A stretch of DNA of 64,000 bases, taken from positions 2,105-66,104 of the forward strand of contig DAORAP010000014.1 in the NCBI GenBank assembly GCA_035344255.1. Reading direction: 5' to 3'. Position numbers and translations under genes: made by a program. Of this stretch, positions 30,554-41,393 are shown in pieces. The DNA comes from Nitrospirales bacterium (GTDB lineage Bacteria > Nitrospirota > Nitrospiria > Nitrospirales > UBA8639). Under the pieces are notes generated by a model that saw only the letters and a program-made list of their open reading frames with translations, was not told the DNA's origin and searched no databases. Position 1 is the stretch's first letter, and the number at the start of each line of letters is the position of its first letter.

Positions 30554-32446
30554 TTACCTTCTGGATATCTTTCTCAAACGGTTTTCTGGAGCAGACACGG
30601 GAACGGAATCAAAAAGCAGTAGTTCTGGAAGTCCCGCCTTGAATCTCGGAAGTTCTTCCTGGAGGGCCACACAGAGCGCTACCCGCCGCAAGGTGTCGAA
30701 GTCTGAGCCCTCGTTCCCTCGCACGAAGCGAACAAGTCTCCTAAGACCCGGCGCACGTTCAATCAGTTTGCGGAGTTGGCCACGCAGCTGGATCTTTAAG
30801 GGACTTTCCTGGTGACGTTTTTGCGCCTGGGCAGCAAAGAACCGATCCCGAATCTCTGACAGTTGCTTACAATCCAGAATCTCACCCAACACTCCTTGGG
30901 AAACCCGTTCGGGAGTCAGTAGACGCATAAAGGTCTCGCGAATGTTCTGGTCCGTCCTGAACAGATAGGGCCAGTCTGCAACACTATCGGTGCTGGTCCT
31001 GGGAAAAGAGGCCGCTTTTGGCATATGACTTTTGAGCATGGCAATGTAACCGTTCTTATCCGTGCGCATTTCACGGGGTATTTGGCAGATCACATCAAGA
31101 ACTGTTCGAGTCAGGAAGGGTCGTCGTTGGGGAACCATCAATTCTCGGAAGTAACCCAGGGAGAAAATAAAACGGTTTACCCGAATATTGAGATAAATGA
31201 AATCTTTAAGGTCATTCGGATTGCGACTGACGCACCCAGAAAGAATGGAACGGATTGCCCCCTCATAGTCAACCCGAAATTTGTCCAAGCGTTCCTGACG
31301 AAACACCTTTCTGACTGAATAAGGTAAAGTTGGAGGCAGAACTCTAGAGATGGCGTCCCGTTCATCATTCACATGGCCAACCCAACCCCAGATTTCATCC
31401 CCAAGTAGTTCAAATTCTGCTTCCGGCCTATGCAACTCCCCGTAACACTGGGGGAGCTCAATGTACCAACCGAGATTATCGTTCATCAACTCGCTGACGC
31501 ACACCCATGGGCGTAAGATGCGGGGTAGGCGTTCCACATCGTATGGGAAGAAGTGGAAGTCAGTATCAAAGGCGCTTGCAAGGCATCGTGCAATCTCAGG
31601 ATCAGAACCTTTGAGGTCATCGCGCACACCCCAGCTCCTAGCTGTTTGAGGTCTACTGCCTAGCTGCTCCATAGCCTCAAGTATGCCTCTGGAATCCCAA
31701 CCTCCAGTGAGCATGAGATCATACTCAGGGGCACCCTGGCCCAGAATGATACGATGGCCTTCTAGCACGGCAACATGAAGGTCGGCCATGGCCTTCTCGC
31801 GAGAGGTTATCCTTCGAGGTTCGTACTGCAAACTCCAATAGCGCATGGCATTCAACCGGAGATCGTCTAATCCTAACGATAATTGAGTTGCAGGTTCCAG
31901 GACCGAAATGCCTTCTAACATGGCCCTTTTTCCAAACGGGTAACCAGCAGTTAGAAACTGAACGACGCCCTCGATGGACAACTTTGGCTCAAGATCCGTT
32001 ACCGGGAAGATTGCCTTAGCCTGGGACCCAAAGCAGAACCAACCTGGTCCCTGTGCATAGAGCAGTGGGAGCTGTCCAAGCCGGTCGTTGACAATGTGCA
32101 GCCGACGCTGCCCTTTGTCGATCAGAACGATAATGAAAGACCCTTCCAGATCTTCCCAGCTTTTAAGTTCGTCGCGGCGATAGGACTCGAGAATTTCAGT
32201 AGCCGAGAGCCTACGATAGGGTTTCACCGGAGAGAGAGCTGCCCCCTGTACCATGACTAATAGCCCGGAAGCGTCGTCTCGAATGGTTTCGATTCTCCCC
32301 TTCAACCCCACAGCAGCCAGGGCCACGCCGGAACACGGCGCGAAAAAAGTAGTCTCACTGCCCGGTATCTGGACCAGAGCACGAGCGCCGAGTTTCAGGT
32401 CTGGAGTGGAAGTTCCCAGCGCAATTAATCCCAAGATTCCCGACAT
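30554..32446 (-). CDS. Asparagine synthetase-like protein lacking the N-terminal Cys
   Basis: Likely start MSGILG at 32446 after a GGGAG RBS (ORF track gives 32518). LEGSFIIVLID..NDRLGQLPLLY, PP-loop-like LTGGWDSRGIL and RRPFL. Confidence 0.75.
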   Translation of the reverse strand: MSGILGLIALGTSTPDLKLGARALVQIPGSETTFFAPCSGVALAAVGLKGRIETIRDDASGLLVMVQGAALSPVKPYRRLSATEILESYRRDELKSWEDLEGSFIIVLIDKGQRRLHIVNDRLGQLPLLYAQGPGWFCFGSQAKAIFPVTDLEPKLSIEGVVQFLTAGYPFGKRAMLEGISVLEPATQLSLGLDDLRLNAMRYWSLQYEPRRITSREKAMADLHVAVLEGHRIILGQGAPEYDLMLTGGWDSRGILEAMEQLGSRPQTARSWGVRDDLKGSDPEIARCLASAFDTDFHFFPYDVERLPRILRPWVCVSELMNDNLGWYIELPQCYGELHRPEAEFELLGDEIWGWVGHVNDERDAISRVLPPTLPYSVRKVFRQERLDKFRVDYEGAIRSILSGCVSRNPNDLKDFIYLNIRVNRFIFSLGYFRELMVPQRRPFLTRTVLDVICQIPREMRTDKNGYIAMLKSHMPKAASFPRTSTDSVADWPYLFRTDQNIRETFMRLLTPERVSQGVLGEILDCKQLSEIRDRFFAAQAQKRHQESPLKIQLRGQLRKLIERAPGLRRLVRFVRGNEGSDFDTLRRVALCVALQEELPRFKAGLPELLLFDSVPVSAPENRLRKISRR

Positions 32447-32964
32447 CAAATAGTCTCCCGGAAATATGAAAAACCAATGATCAACCTCGTGGCAGTAATA
32501 ATCGGTGCAAGAATACAATCACTTAGAAGTACGGAAGATTGTTAATCACCGACCTTTTATCAAATCTGGTGTCTGAGCGGCTGACGAGAAGACCGCGTCT
32601 ATTGTTGTCTTTTCATTTCCACTAATAAACTGAGTTTCCTCGATTTCGTTGGAAAGATCGCGACCCTAGGGCGGGATTTATTTAAAGAAATCGCCTATTC
32701 TTGAACGAAATATTGCCATTCCATATCATGAATGCCAGCGAAATTATAAGCTTCCCGCGTTTTCCTCGCAAAACGTGAGTCATCACGAAATTGAACACGA
32801 TGGTGGACTTAACCTTAAACCAGGTAGGCTGTGGTTATTACGAATAACATGGTTTCCCTCATACCATAGCTGTGTTATTACTACAAAATCACTGAATAAA
32901 AGGAATTCCTCTTCCTTCGGCAACCTCAGGGCCTTCTCCCGCTATAGCTGATTACAGGTCAAAT

Positions 32965-34425
32965 TTATTCTCTTTCAACAAAATAATTGTTTTTTGCAAG
33001 ACGATTATTCGCCCAAACGAAGAACAAGTCAGCATAGTCCGGCAATGCAAAACAAGCAAAGCTTTTCCATTTCTTCTTACGCTTGTGATACAAGTCACCC
33101 AACTTCGACCTAAAAAAGTGAACAGGCTCCGTAAGTCTTCCAAATTTTCTCGGAAGACGTTTACCATGTTGCTCAAGAAATGCCGCAAGGTCACTCAGTT
33201 GATCAGGGACATTGGGATAGAACCGGTACCCAGCAATAGTGGCCCTTTTTTTGATTCCGAACGTACCTCGCCTCACCCCCTGTTGCTCCAGAATTCTACG
33301 TGGAATCGGTCGATCATAGTCTCCGCCAATCCGCCACGGATTCATAGCAGAGCTGTCGTTAATTTGTTTCAAGCAATCGAGTCTGGAAGCACCGATACAT
33401 GGGATACTGGCAAGAAATACACCTTTATGTAAACGCCATTCGGTCAATCCACAGCCGGATGTATCACCATCTCGGTCCACGAAATGATGTGAGTCAATAA
33501 ATTTCTGCTTCAAACCCTTTTGCCATACAATATCTCCGTGTGTTCCCACGACCAAAAGAGTCAAATCATCTGGATAATCAAATATTGTCATATTTAAATC
33601 GAATGGTTCGCCCAGTCCTGCCCACACTAAATCGTAGTCCCGATAAGCTGATAGCCTTGAAATAACACTTTTTACGGGGATGCCAAGCGTTTCCGCCACA
33701 TCTTGACCAGAATCGTCGTGCTTGGAAATTCCGACATGCGAGATCGTAAGTGCGGAACGAATGCCTAGTGGTTTAGCGATCGCCGCTGATGCGGCTGAAT
33801 CATACCCTTTAGAAATTGTTACTACCGGAGCCACCTTGAACCGCCGCTTCCCATCCTGTAAATTAGAGCGAATTGTGGAAATTGTCGTATTCAAGAAATG
33901 CTCATACTCTTCAAACGAAGTGAAGTTGTGCTCAGCGTGTGTTCGTTCCTCCAGCGCTCCTTTGGAATAGCAAAGTTTGTCATAGATCAGCACACGGATT
34001 TCATCTCCGTCTAAAGTAGGCAAATTTCTGGGGAGATGCCCATGATTATTGAGGTAACGTGACAACGCTTTAGAATAGGGAAAGGCAGGGTCCAAACGGA
34101 GGTTGGATACGGATAAGAGGCAAGCTAAGGAATTGGATACCAGTAACTCTTTCTTTCTGTCCACGTAGAACAATCGATCAAGTGGACTTGTGGAGCATAT
34201 GAACGACACTGTGTTGTCTCTCAGGCGAATTCCGGTTCCGATGATGACAGGGACCTCGAGATCAAAGTCAGCTCTCCAAAATTCCCCGGCCCAAGTCCCT
34301 TCGAACACCCATTCGTCAGCATACTCGACGCGACATCCATGAAGAACATTCACTGTGTCGGCGGCAACGTTTGCGCACCAGGACAATTTGGGCCAATGGT
34401 CTATTTGTTGTCGACGAAGCTTCAT
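32965..34425 (-). CDS. Hypothetical protein with a PP-loop-like ATP pyrophosphatase motif (distant AsnB-like)
   Basis: 486 aa with DRLFY..LVSNSL, VTISKGYDSAAS, GTHGDIVW and YDRPIPRRILE. The ORF is solid; the function is inference. Confidence 0.6.
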   Translation of the reverse strand: MKLRRQQIDHWPKLSWCANVAADTVNVLHGCRVEYADEWVFEGTWAGEFWRADFDLEVPVIIGTGIRLRDNTVSFICSTSPLDRLFYVDRKKELLVSNSLACLLSVSNLRLDPAFPYSKALSRYLNNHGHLPRNLPTLDGDEIRVLIYDKLCYSKGALEERTHAEHNFTSFEEYEHFLNTTISTIRSNLQDGKRRFKVAPVVTISKGYDSAASAAIAKPLGIRSALTISHVGISKHDDSGQDVAETLGIPVKSVISRLSAYRDYDLVWAGLGEPFDLNMTIFDYPDDLTLLVVGTHGDIVWQKGLKQKFIDSHHFVDRDGDTSGCGLTEWRLHKGVFLASIPCIGASRLDCLKQINDSSAMNPWRIGGDYDRPIPRRILEQQGVRRGTFGIKKRATIAGYRFYPNVPDQLSDLAAFLEQHGKRLPRKFGRLTEPVHFFRSKLGDLYHKRKKKWKSFACFALPDYADLFFVWANNRLAKNNYFVERE

Positions 34426-35134
34426 AATTAATTCCGATTAAACGTCTACGAAGATATTTGTTATTCAGGGGGGTTCAAGCAAGATAACCATCCAGTGCGG
34501 ACAAACAATGAATTAACACAAACACGGGGCCACTCACAATATCTCTGATCCCAACTTGTCTTCTCCCGGCCCATCATGCTCCCTTACGGACAGCGACAGT
34601 TAAAACAAAGAACAACAAAGCCAAAAAATATCTGCGTTCAAAAAACATTCAAAAAAAGTTGTATGTGAGTACATCAATCAAAATTATACCCGCAATGATT
34701 GCACTACCAGAAACCCATTCTAAGGACCCATGTATACCAGAGGTAATGTCAGAGAATTATTTATAACTCGAATAGACGGCCTATCTGCTGTCCTTCTCTC
34801 CAACAACAAATTGGCTCCATCAAGCATTACCATGAGAGGTTCGAACCACGAAAACGGCATATGTTTGTTCCACAAAGGGCCCCCATTGAAACCCCTTAGT
34901 CAAATCCCTCCTACAGGCCGACCGACGCAGGTCTTGGCGGTGCGTCAGCGAGCTCTGGCAAAATTCGACTCAATCGGCTTGTTCATTCAAATCCTTCGGG
35001 GCCTCAGATTTTTCACGGAGTTCATCGGTCAAATTGGGATATTTCGCCTCATTAATCTGCAGGAATTCTCCAAGGCTTTGTCGGCGTGGTGTAAAAGGAG
35101 CCATCCAAATTTCGTGGATAAACTCTTTTGATAT

Positions 35135-36604
35135 TTAGGGAGAGCTCGAATTTCCATCACGATGGGTTTTCTGAGGAAAAGTCGTTCCGAGAAAAGCCAG
35201 TCCCAGATAAAGTCCTGAAAGTCCCTCTAACATGTGTCCAGCCACCCCCATCATAATAAAACCTAAAATGGCTGCCAAGGGAACAACATTCCTCGTTATT
35301 TTACGATACAATAGCGTCTTGAAAATTAATTTTATAAGAAAAATAGTTAGAATAGTTAGTCCTATTAAGCCAGTTTCAACACCAACTTGCATATAGATGG
35401 AATGCCAGGCAAATTTTTGCCCCTGTTTAAAGGTCACCTCTTTGTCCATCCAGGAATAGCTAGCGTATGCCTCCGTCCCCAGACCTGGTCCAACACCCCA
35501 AATCGGAGAATCCGCTAGTATTTTTGGAAAGAGCTGCCATTGCTGACCACGCCCTGAGGTCTTCTCAGAAAATGTACTTTGGGAGTCGGTAGCCATTTCA
35601 AAATACTTCGAAACCTTTTCTCCACTCTTGGTTTGCAACACTCCCACTAACACACATCCCATCAAGAGGATCCCGAAAAAGACTTTCCATCTTTGTTGGG
35701 ACTGAAAAAAAACCGTCACCACGATGCCGACGAAGACCACTAGCCAACTGCTTCGCGAGGTGGATAATAATAAAAAGACCCCGCACATGGCGATCAAGGT
35801 ATTCCTCACAATATTAGAACGCTCTAGAAAAAGCCATTTCCCATTATCTGCCATTGCCAGAAGCAGAAACAATGCGGTAGGAAGTCCCAAAAAAAGGGGG
35901 TTCCCCAAACGCACTCCATCGATGTCAAACATTCCCAAGCGTTCACTTTGTCCAATCATCCCAATGGCAACTGAAAAAATGGAAATACCCAGACCGGCTA
36001 GTGCTGTGGCCAAGTACCTCTGGTGTCTTGCAAGAAGATAAATACTGGCCGCACTACAAAACATCTCCATAACAGAAAGATTGGAGTAATATAACCTCGT
36101 TAAGATTACAGATATGCCCCAATACACCGTCATCATAATGAAAAACCACCTTATGAGATGATTGTCCCAGAGCCTTAAACATTCCTTAGGAAAACGGACC
36201 AACCAAAAGACTAGCCCTAATGCAAGCAACACTAAGATAGAATTATATAAAAAGAAAGTTCGGGTATACACAAGAGCAGGTAATGAGGCAACCGTTAATG
36301 CCACAAAAGCCGGTATATTTCTTTTGAGTCCATACCACGTGAGAAAGGCAATCAAAAAAATAAAACACCACAAACTTCCTGCTTGAAAAAGACCAAGCCT
36401 CACCAAAAGCAAAGCAGGGACTGTACACCAAGCCACCTGTGCAAGGAGGAAATTATCAAGCTTGTCCGACTTGATAGGAATCTGTTTTTTTAGAAATGGT
36501 TTTGTGCCGGAAGTTCCCATTCCTTGAGAGTTGTCTATTGTAGAATAGGGCATGGTATTTAAAGAGGTGAGAAAATTAGTATTTTCATTTAACTGGCAGC
36601 TCAT
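35135..36604 (-). CDS. O-antigen ligase / Wzy_C-family membrane protein
   Basis: About 10 hydrophobic segments, LLLSTSRSSWL, and a periplasmic loop SGRGQQW..SPIWGVGPG..WHSIYMQVGVETGLIG. The start is uncertain. Confidence 0.85.
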   Translation of the reverse strand: MSCQLNENTNFLTSLNTMPYSTIDNSQGMGTSGTKPFLKKQIPIKSDKLDNFLLAQVAWCTVPALLLVRLGLFQAGSLWCFIFLIAFLTWYGLKRNIPAFVALTVASLPALVYTRTFFLYNSILVLLALGLVFWLVRFPKECLRLWDNHLIRWFFIMMTVYWGISVILTRLYYSNLSVMEMFCSAASIYLLARHQRYLATALAGLGISIFSVAIGMIGQSERLGMFDIDGVRLGNPLFLGLPTALFLLLAMADNGKWLFLERSNIVRNTLIAMCGVFLLLSTSRSSWLVVFVGIVVTVFFQSQQRWKVFFGILLMGCVLVGVLQTKSGEKVSKYFEMATDSQSTFSEKTSGRGQQWQLFPKILADSPIWGVGPGLGTEAYASYSWMDKEVTFKQGQKFAWHSIYMQVGVETGLIGLTILTIFLIKLIFKTLLYRKITRNVVPLAAILGFIMMGVAGHMLEGLSGLYLGLAFLGTTFPQKTHRDGNSSSP

Positions 36605-36995
36605 GATTAAGTGAACATAAAAAGAAAAAAGTATAAAATTTGGATTTCATTTGTTAAACCATGTCAGATCAATGGTTAACAGGATCCGTATTGAAATTAG
36701 AAGCCCTTCTGGCAAACTGGAATCTCTCTTCCTTATCATTCCCGAGATGTGCTATCGGGAATCTATCTTGGTTTCTTGTCTGATGGATCCCCGCCACCAA
36801 CCTGCAGGGATGGCGCAGGAAAGAAAAGATTCCAGCCAATATCTGCGGGGATTAGGATGGCTTTGCTTTCGGCTTAGGTCGCACTCTCAGTGAGATCTGA
36901 CACTGTCCGTTAGCTGACAACTAAGTTTTTACAATTTGGAATTTTTTGCTCTCCTTCAACCAGTCAATCCTAGGCTTAAGGGAGTATAGGTTTAA

Positions 36996-38261
36996 TTACA
37001 GGCTCTTGAGAAGTATATCATTCAACTGTCTACTTAAGGTGACCCATGAATACTGATCTCCCCCTTTAATTCTCTCCCCTTGACCCTCAATTTGATCATT
37101 GAGGTAAGTAGCCATGTCATCTACCTTATTTTTTTGGAAAGCTTTTACTCCTTTACAATTATCTAGAAGAGCCGCATCACTACCTTTTGGACAAATAAGG
37201 AGAATCGGAGTCCCTAAACCCAGAGACTCAAAAATCTTGCCGGTGATCATTCCCTGGTCTGCTAGCGTGGCTTGGTCGGGTATCGAGGTAATCACGACAT
37301 TGATATTGGCACCGGCCACAACCGACAATGCGACACCGCGGGGAACTTTTCCATGAAGCTCCACTTTATCCAAGACACCAAATCGTTCGGCCTCATCCCT
37401 AACATGCCATCCCCATTCACCATAATAATGGAAAAACCATTTTCCATTCTCTTCGCCTCTTCGTTCCTTCAAATGCTTCAAAGCTTCCATTAACGGTGTA
37501 ATAACCCGCCTGGGCGGATAAAAATTCCCAGCGTACACAATAGCGAAATGTGGAAACTGAGTAGGTTGGACCTGGGCCATTTCTTCAGGATCAAAGCCAT
37601 TTGAAATAACGTGTATTTTTTTATTTAGACCATATCGTTTGGTTAAATCCAACGCCCAGGAAGGGGAAACGATCGTTACTGCGGCGCCACTTTGGAGTAG
37701 CTCTTGTTCTTCATTCAGGGTTTTAAGAAATTCCGGATTACCGTGGGGATTGCCGGACCATAGATCACGGTAATCAAGCACATAAGGCCGATTAAGTTTA
37801 TCTGACAGCCACTTCGCTAATCGAAAGATACAAAAAGGTCCGCCGGTAGCAAGAATGATGTCTACATCTTCTTTCGCTAGCGTCGAACATGCCAGTTTGG
37901 CTTCTTTAATCCACCCGATAAACGGAGAAATCCTCAAATTGGCTGCGATTCGCCGACATATCCCTCCCATCAACCATTTCATCCCCGTATTTCCCCAATC
38001 AAATCGATCAGGTAAAAGACACCGCCAGCCATGCCCTGTAGTAATTCGTTTAATTCTTTCTTTATTAAGTGCAAGATTTACCTTATCAATGTCGCGAGAG
38101 TCTTCTAATGGCCACAGCTGAGGGTCCGGCGTCACCACGGTGACCTCCCACCCTAACCTGGAGAGATACTTGGCAATATTCCAGGTTCGCACACATCCAA
38201 TAGTATTTGCTGGTGGGAAAGAATATGCAAGGAATAGAATTTTTGGCCTTTTTTCAGACAT
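36996..38261 (-). CDS. Glycosyltransferase family 4-like
   Basis: LFLAYSFPP, YVLDYRDLWS, VISNGFDPE, IVYAGNFY and TGKIFESLGLGTPIL. Confidence 0.85.
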   Translation of the reverse strand: MSEKRPKILFLAYSFPPANTIGCVRTWNIAKYLSRLGWEVTVVTPDPQLWPLEDSRDIDKVNLALNKERIKRITTGHGWRCLLPDRFDWGNTGMKWLMGGICRRIAANLRISPFIGWIKEAKLACSTLAKEDVDIILATGGPFCIFRLAKWLSDKLNRPYVLDYRDLWSGNPHGNPEFLKTLNEEQELLQSGAAVTIVSPSWALDLTKRYGLNKKIHVISNGFDPEEMAQVQPTQFPHFAIVYAGNFYPPRRVITPLMEALKHLKERRGEENGKWFFHYYGEWGWHVRDEAERFGVLDKVELHGKVPRGVALSVVAGANINVVITSIPDQATLADQGMITGKIFESLGLGTPILLICPKGSDAALLDNCKGVKAFQKNKVDDMATYLNDQIEGQGERIKGGDQYSWVTLSRQLNDILLKSL

Positions 38262-38697
38262 GGCTTAATTTTTTCCTGAATGGTAATAAATGGTTTTTTG
38301 AAAGAACTTTGATTGGCATTGCGCCCGCCAACCGATCGCGACCAAACGCTTTAATAAATCCCGACCCTGATTAATTAGCCGATCTTTTTATCGTGTCGCT
38401 GGACGATTGCGTCGCGGGCGCTTTATCCAGGCTGGTTGGCGCCAAAGATCTGCACTGTTTTTATTAACAGTAGTTTCTTCCAGATTTGAATATGATTGGC
38501 CTGCACGCTAATGTGGTCGGCTCCCTCGATCAAAGTCTTTTTAACACGAAGGGCAGCCATCCTGCATTTGCCATCACCACCGGTGAATGATTTCGTCGGA
38601 ATCGTCGCCTTTTTCCTTCTTTGCATTTAGGGAAAATCGACCAAAGAAGGTTGCGTTTATCATCCGTTAAAGTCTGTCCAATGAGTTGGGCCCAATA

Positions 38698-39943
38698 TGA
38701 TCTTCCCCCACAAGATTGGACACCCCGTTAAGCTGTCCGCTCAAAGACCATTGGAATCCTGTGTTCTATCGCCGAGTGCTTTCTTAGTCGATTGTAATAT
38801 GTTTCAATGTATTCCAAGATATTGGTTTGGGCTCAACGTCACGTCACATATCGTTTTCGATGAACAAGTTCAACTTTTAAAGTGTGAAAAAAGCTCTCGG
38901 TGACTGCGTTATCGGAGCCGGTAGCCCTGCGCCCCATGCTCCCGCGCAGGCTGTTGGTCGTGATCAATCGCTGGTAAGGGCGTGAGCAATACTGGCTCCC
39001 ACGATCAGAGTAAATGATCGTGTTTTTGGAAAAACCACGACGCAACAAGGCCATGGTGAGGGCGTCACAAACCAGGTGTTGCGTCATCCTTCGATTCATC
39101 GCCCACCCAACTATTGCGCGTGAGTGCAGGTCCATCATTACAGCTAGGTACAGCTACCCCTCATTCGTCCAGACAGAGGTGATGTCACTGGTCCATTTCT
39201 GATTGGGCGCCGCCGCGCTAAAGTCCTGCTCAAGCAGATCGGGGGCGACCGGCTTAGAGTAGTAATTCGAATCGGTCGCGACTTTGAATTTCTTTGCCTG
39301 AATCGCTTTTAGTCCCAGCGCACGCATCCTTCTGGCAATGCGGTTTTCGCTGTACATGAGGCCCTCATCGTTTAAGGCCGCGACGATTCGGGGGGTGCCA
39401 TACCGTTGGCGATGCTCCACAAAGATCGCGCCGATCCGTCGATCCAGTTCGTTATTCAACCGCCCGTGCTCGCTCAACCCACGCCCGGTCCAGTCATAAT
39501 AGCCACTTCGCGAGACGTTCAACACACCACACATGAGGGTAATTGGCCAGACCTTCTTCTGTTTCTCAATAAATTGATACCTCATGCGCTTTCCTTGGCA
39601 AAGAAGGCCGTGGCTTTTTTAAGATGTCTCGCTCCATTCGTAGTCGCCGATTCTCCGATTCGAGCTCATAGATCCGCTGCTGCTCTGGCTTACGGTTCCC
39701 CTTGCCTGGAAAGGTAGCCGTCGCGTTGTCCGCTAGCTCATTCTTCCACCGTCCGATTAACCCGCCATTCGCCCCTAAACTCCGTCCAGCGGCCATACAG
39801 CTATAACCATGTTCCACCACTATGGCGACGGCAACGCGCTTGAATTCTTGACTGTGATGCCTGCATACTCGTTTCATCGTTCACCTCGCTTCGAATCATT
39901 ATAGAATCCTTAACTCGGTGTCCGGTAGCCCGGGGGAAGATCA
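38698..39943 (-). mobile_element. IS3-family element, copy 2 of 29007-30252
   Basis: Same IRs and same nonsense codons (offset 9691), with its own 3-bp TSD ATA. Two visible differences (38736, 38742). Confidence 0.92.
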
Positions 39944-40091
39944 ATACTTGTTTCTTAACAATCGTATTTTCTTCTTCTAACCACTTTCAAATCGACCCCC
40001 ATTTTTGGCGAGGAGCTTCACGATACTACTCATGAACTTGGGTACATTATCGTCCCTTAAATTCTTTTATTGCCTTAGCCACATAGCCCTA

Positions 40092-41234
40092 TTAACTCTT
40101 AATGACGCCTTCTAAAATACCCTGAATTCGATTGGCGATTCCTTCCCAATTAAAATCACGCATCACTCTTTCCCTTCCTTGAGACCCTAAACGTGTTGCA
40201 AGATCTCGATTTAACAGGAGTTTAACGATAGCGTTCGCAATTTCATCAATATCAGTTGGATTGACCAGCAAGCCAGAGACCCCCTCAATAACAGCATCAG
40301 GAATTCCGCCGGACCTACCTGCTATAACTGGCTTGCCTGAGGCATTAGCCTCAAGAAACACCAATCCAAACCCTTCAACATCGCAGCTTTCTGTCTGGTC
40401 TCGACTCGGCATGGTAAACACCTCGCACATACCATAAACTTCAGGTATGTCCTCCTGTTCAACCTGCCCGGCAAAGACCACGCGGTCCTCAACCTGCATA
40501 TCCTTAGCAAGACGTTCAAGCTGAGACCGATACGGCCCCTCCCCAACAATTAAGTATGTTACATCTAAAGCGCTTTTGAGAACACGAGGGAGGGCTCGTA
40601 TAACCATATCATGCCCCTTACGGGAAACCAGATTGCCAATCGTCAATATAATACGGTCCTTATGTCTTGGCCCCAACAACTTCTTACGGAATTCATTAGT
40701 AGGCACAGTGGGGTGGAAACGTTCACTATCACACCCCGGGTGCACAATCTCAATCATTTTCGGATCAACCCCAGCTCGTCGGACCAAATCTGCCGTATAC
40801 TCACTAACGGCTAAGATACGGTCAGCTTTTCTAAGAGTGATAAGTTCTATAGATTTTGGGCCTTTTCCCATAGCCATCAAAATTTCATTCCCGTGGGCAT
40901 AGACTACAAAGGGGATCTTTATCCATTTTTTCAACAAGGGCACTAACCTACCCTCACCTACTGTTGACAACTGGATGATTCGTGGGCGCTCACGTATCAG
41001 GATCTCTGTTATCGTAAGGCCCAACCTCAAGGCCTTCGTATAACCGTTACCACTACAAAGTCGGGTGTAGACCCTAAATGGGTTGTCATTTTCAGTCCCG
41101 GATTTTTTTTGTGGAACCCCCGTCAGGCAACAGACCCTTTCAGTACCTAAGTTCTTAGCCACCTCCGCCATCATATGGGAAATTCCACCTTTATTGGGTG
41201 GGAAGTAGGAACTACTCACCAGAAGCGATTTCAT
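40092..41234 (-). CDS. Glycosyltransferase family 4 (PimB-like)
   Basis: YFPPNKGGIS, YAHGNEI, IGNLVSRKGHD and EGFGLVFLEANASGKPVIAGRSGG. Confidence 0.92.
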   Translation of the reverse strand: MKSLLVSSSYFPPNKGGISHMMAEVAKNLGTERVCCLTGVPQKKSGTENDNPFRVYTRLCSGNGYTKALRLGLTITEILIRERPRIIQLSTVGEGRLVPLLKKWIKIPFVVYAHGNEILMAMGKGPKSIELITLRKADRILAVSEYTADLVRRAGVDPKMIEIVHPGCDSERFHPTVPTNEFRKKLLGPRHKDRIILTIGNLVSRKGHDMVIRALPRVLKSALDVTYLIVGEGPYRSQLERLAKDMQVEDRVVFAGQVEQEDIPEVYGMCEVFTMPSRDQTESCDVEGFGLVFLEANASGKPVIAGRSGGIPDAVIEGVSGLLVNPTDIDEIANAIVKLLLNRDLATRLGSQGRERVMRDFNWEGIANRIQGILEGVIKS

Positions 41235-41393
41235 CTGTTCGAATTCCTCAAATCAACAAACATTGGCTAACGCTTTATTTATCGGGGATATGATGGTTTA
41301 GTTATCAAAATCCCGGACTGATCAGTTCTCCTAGCACTAATCAATCTCTTGAAGTTAATCATATGGGCAGAACCTTGTTTCAAAGGAGAAATA

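Noticed and set aside
23696-34425. AsnB-like genes as lasso-peptide cyclases (RiPP cluster)
   Set aside because: No PqqD/RRE, no transglutaminase-like B protein and no plausible precursor ORF were seen in the spacers. The context is entirely glycan biosynthesis.
38315-38331. Possible sigma-54 promoters (TGGCGGGCGCAATGCC here; TGGCAAGACTGGCGCA near 6940; TGGCACG near 3920)
   Set aside because: The first two have GG-N10-GC spacing but poor -12 boxes, and the third lacks the -12 GC altogether. The matches are too weak to call.
38400-38697. 67-aa ORF and stop-containing frames next to IS 38698
   Set aside because: Looks like a relic, but no family could be recognised.
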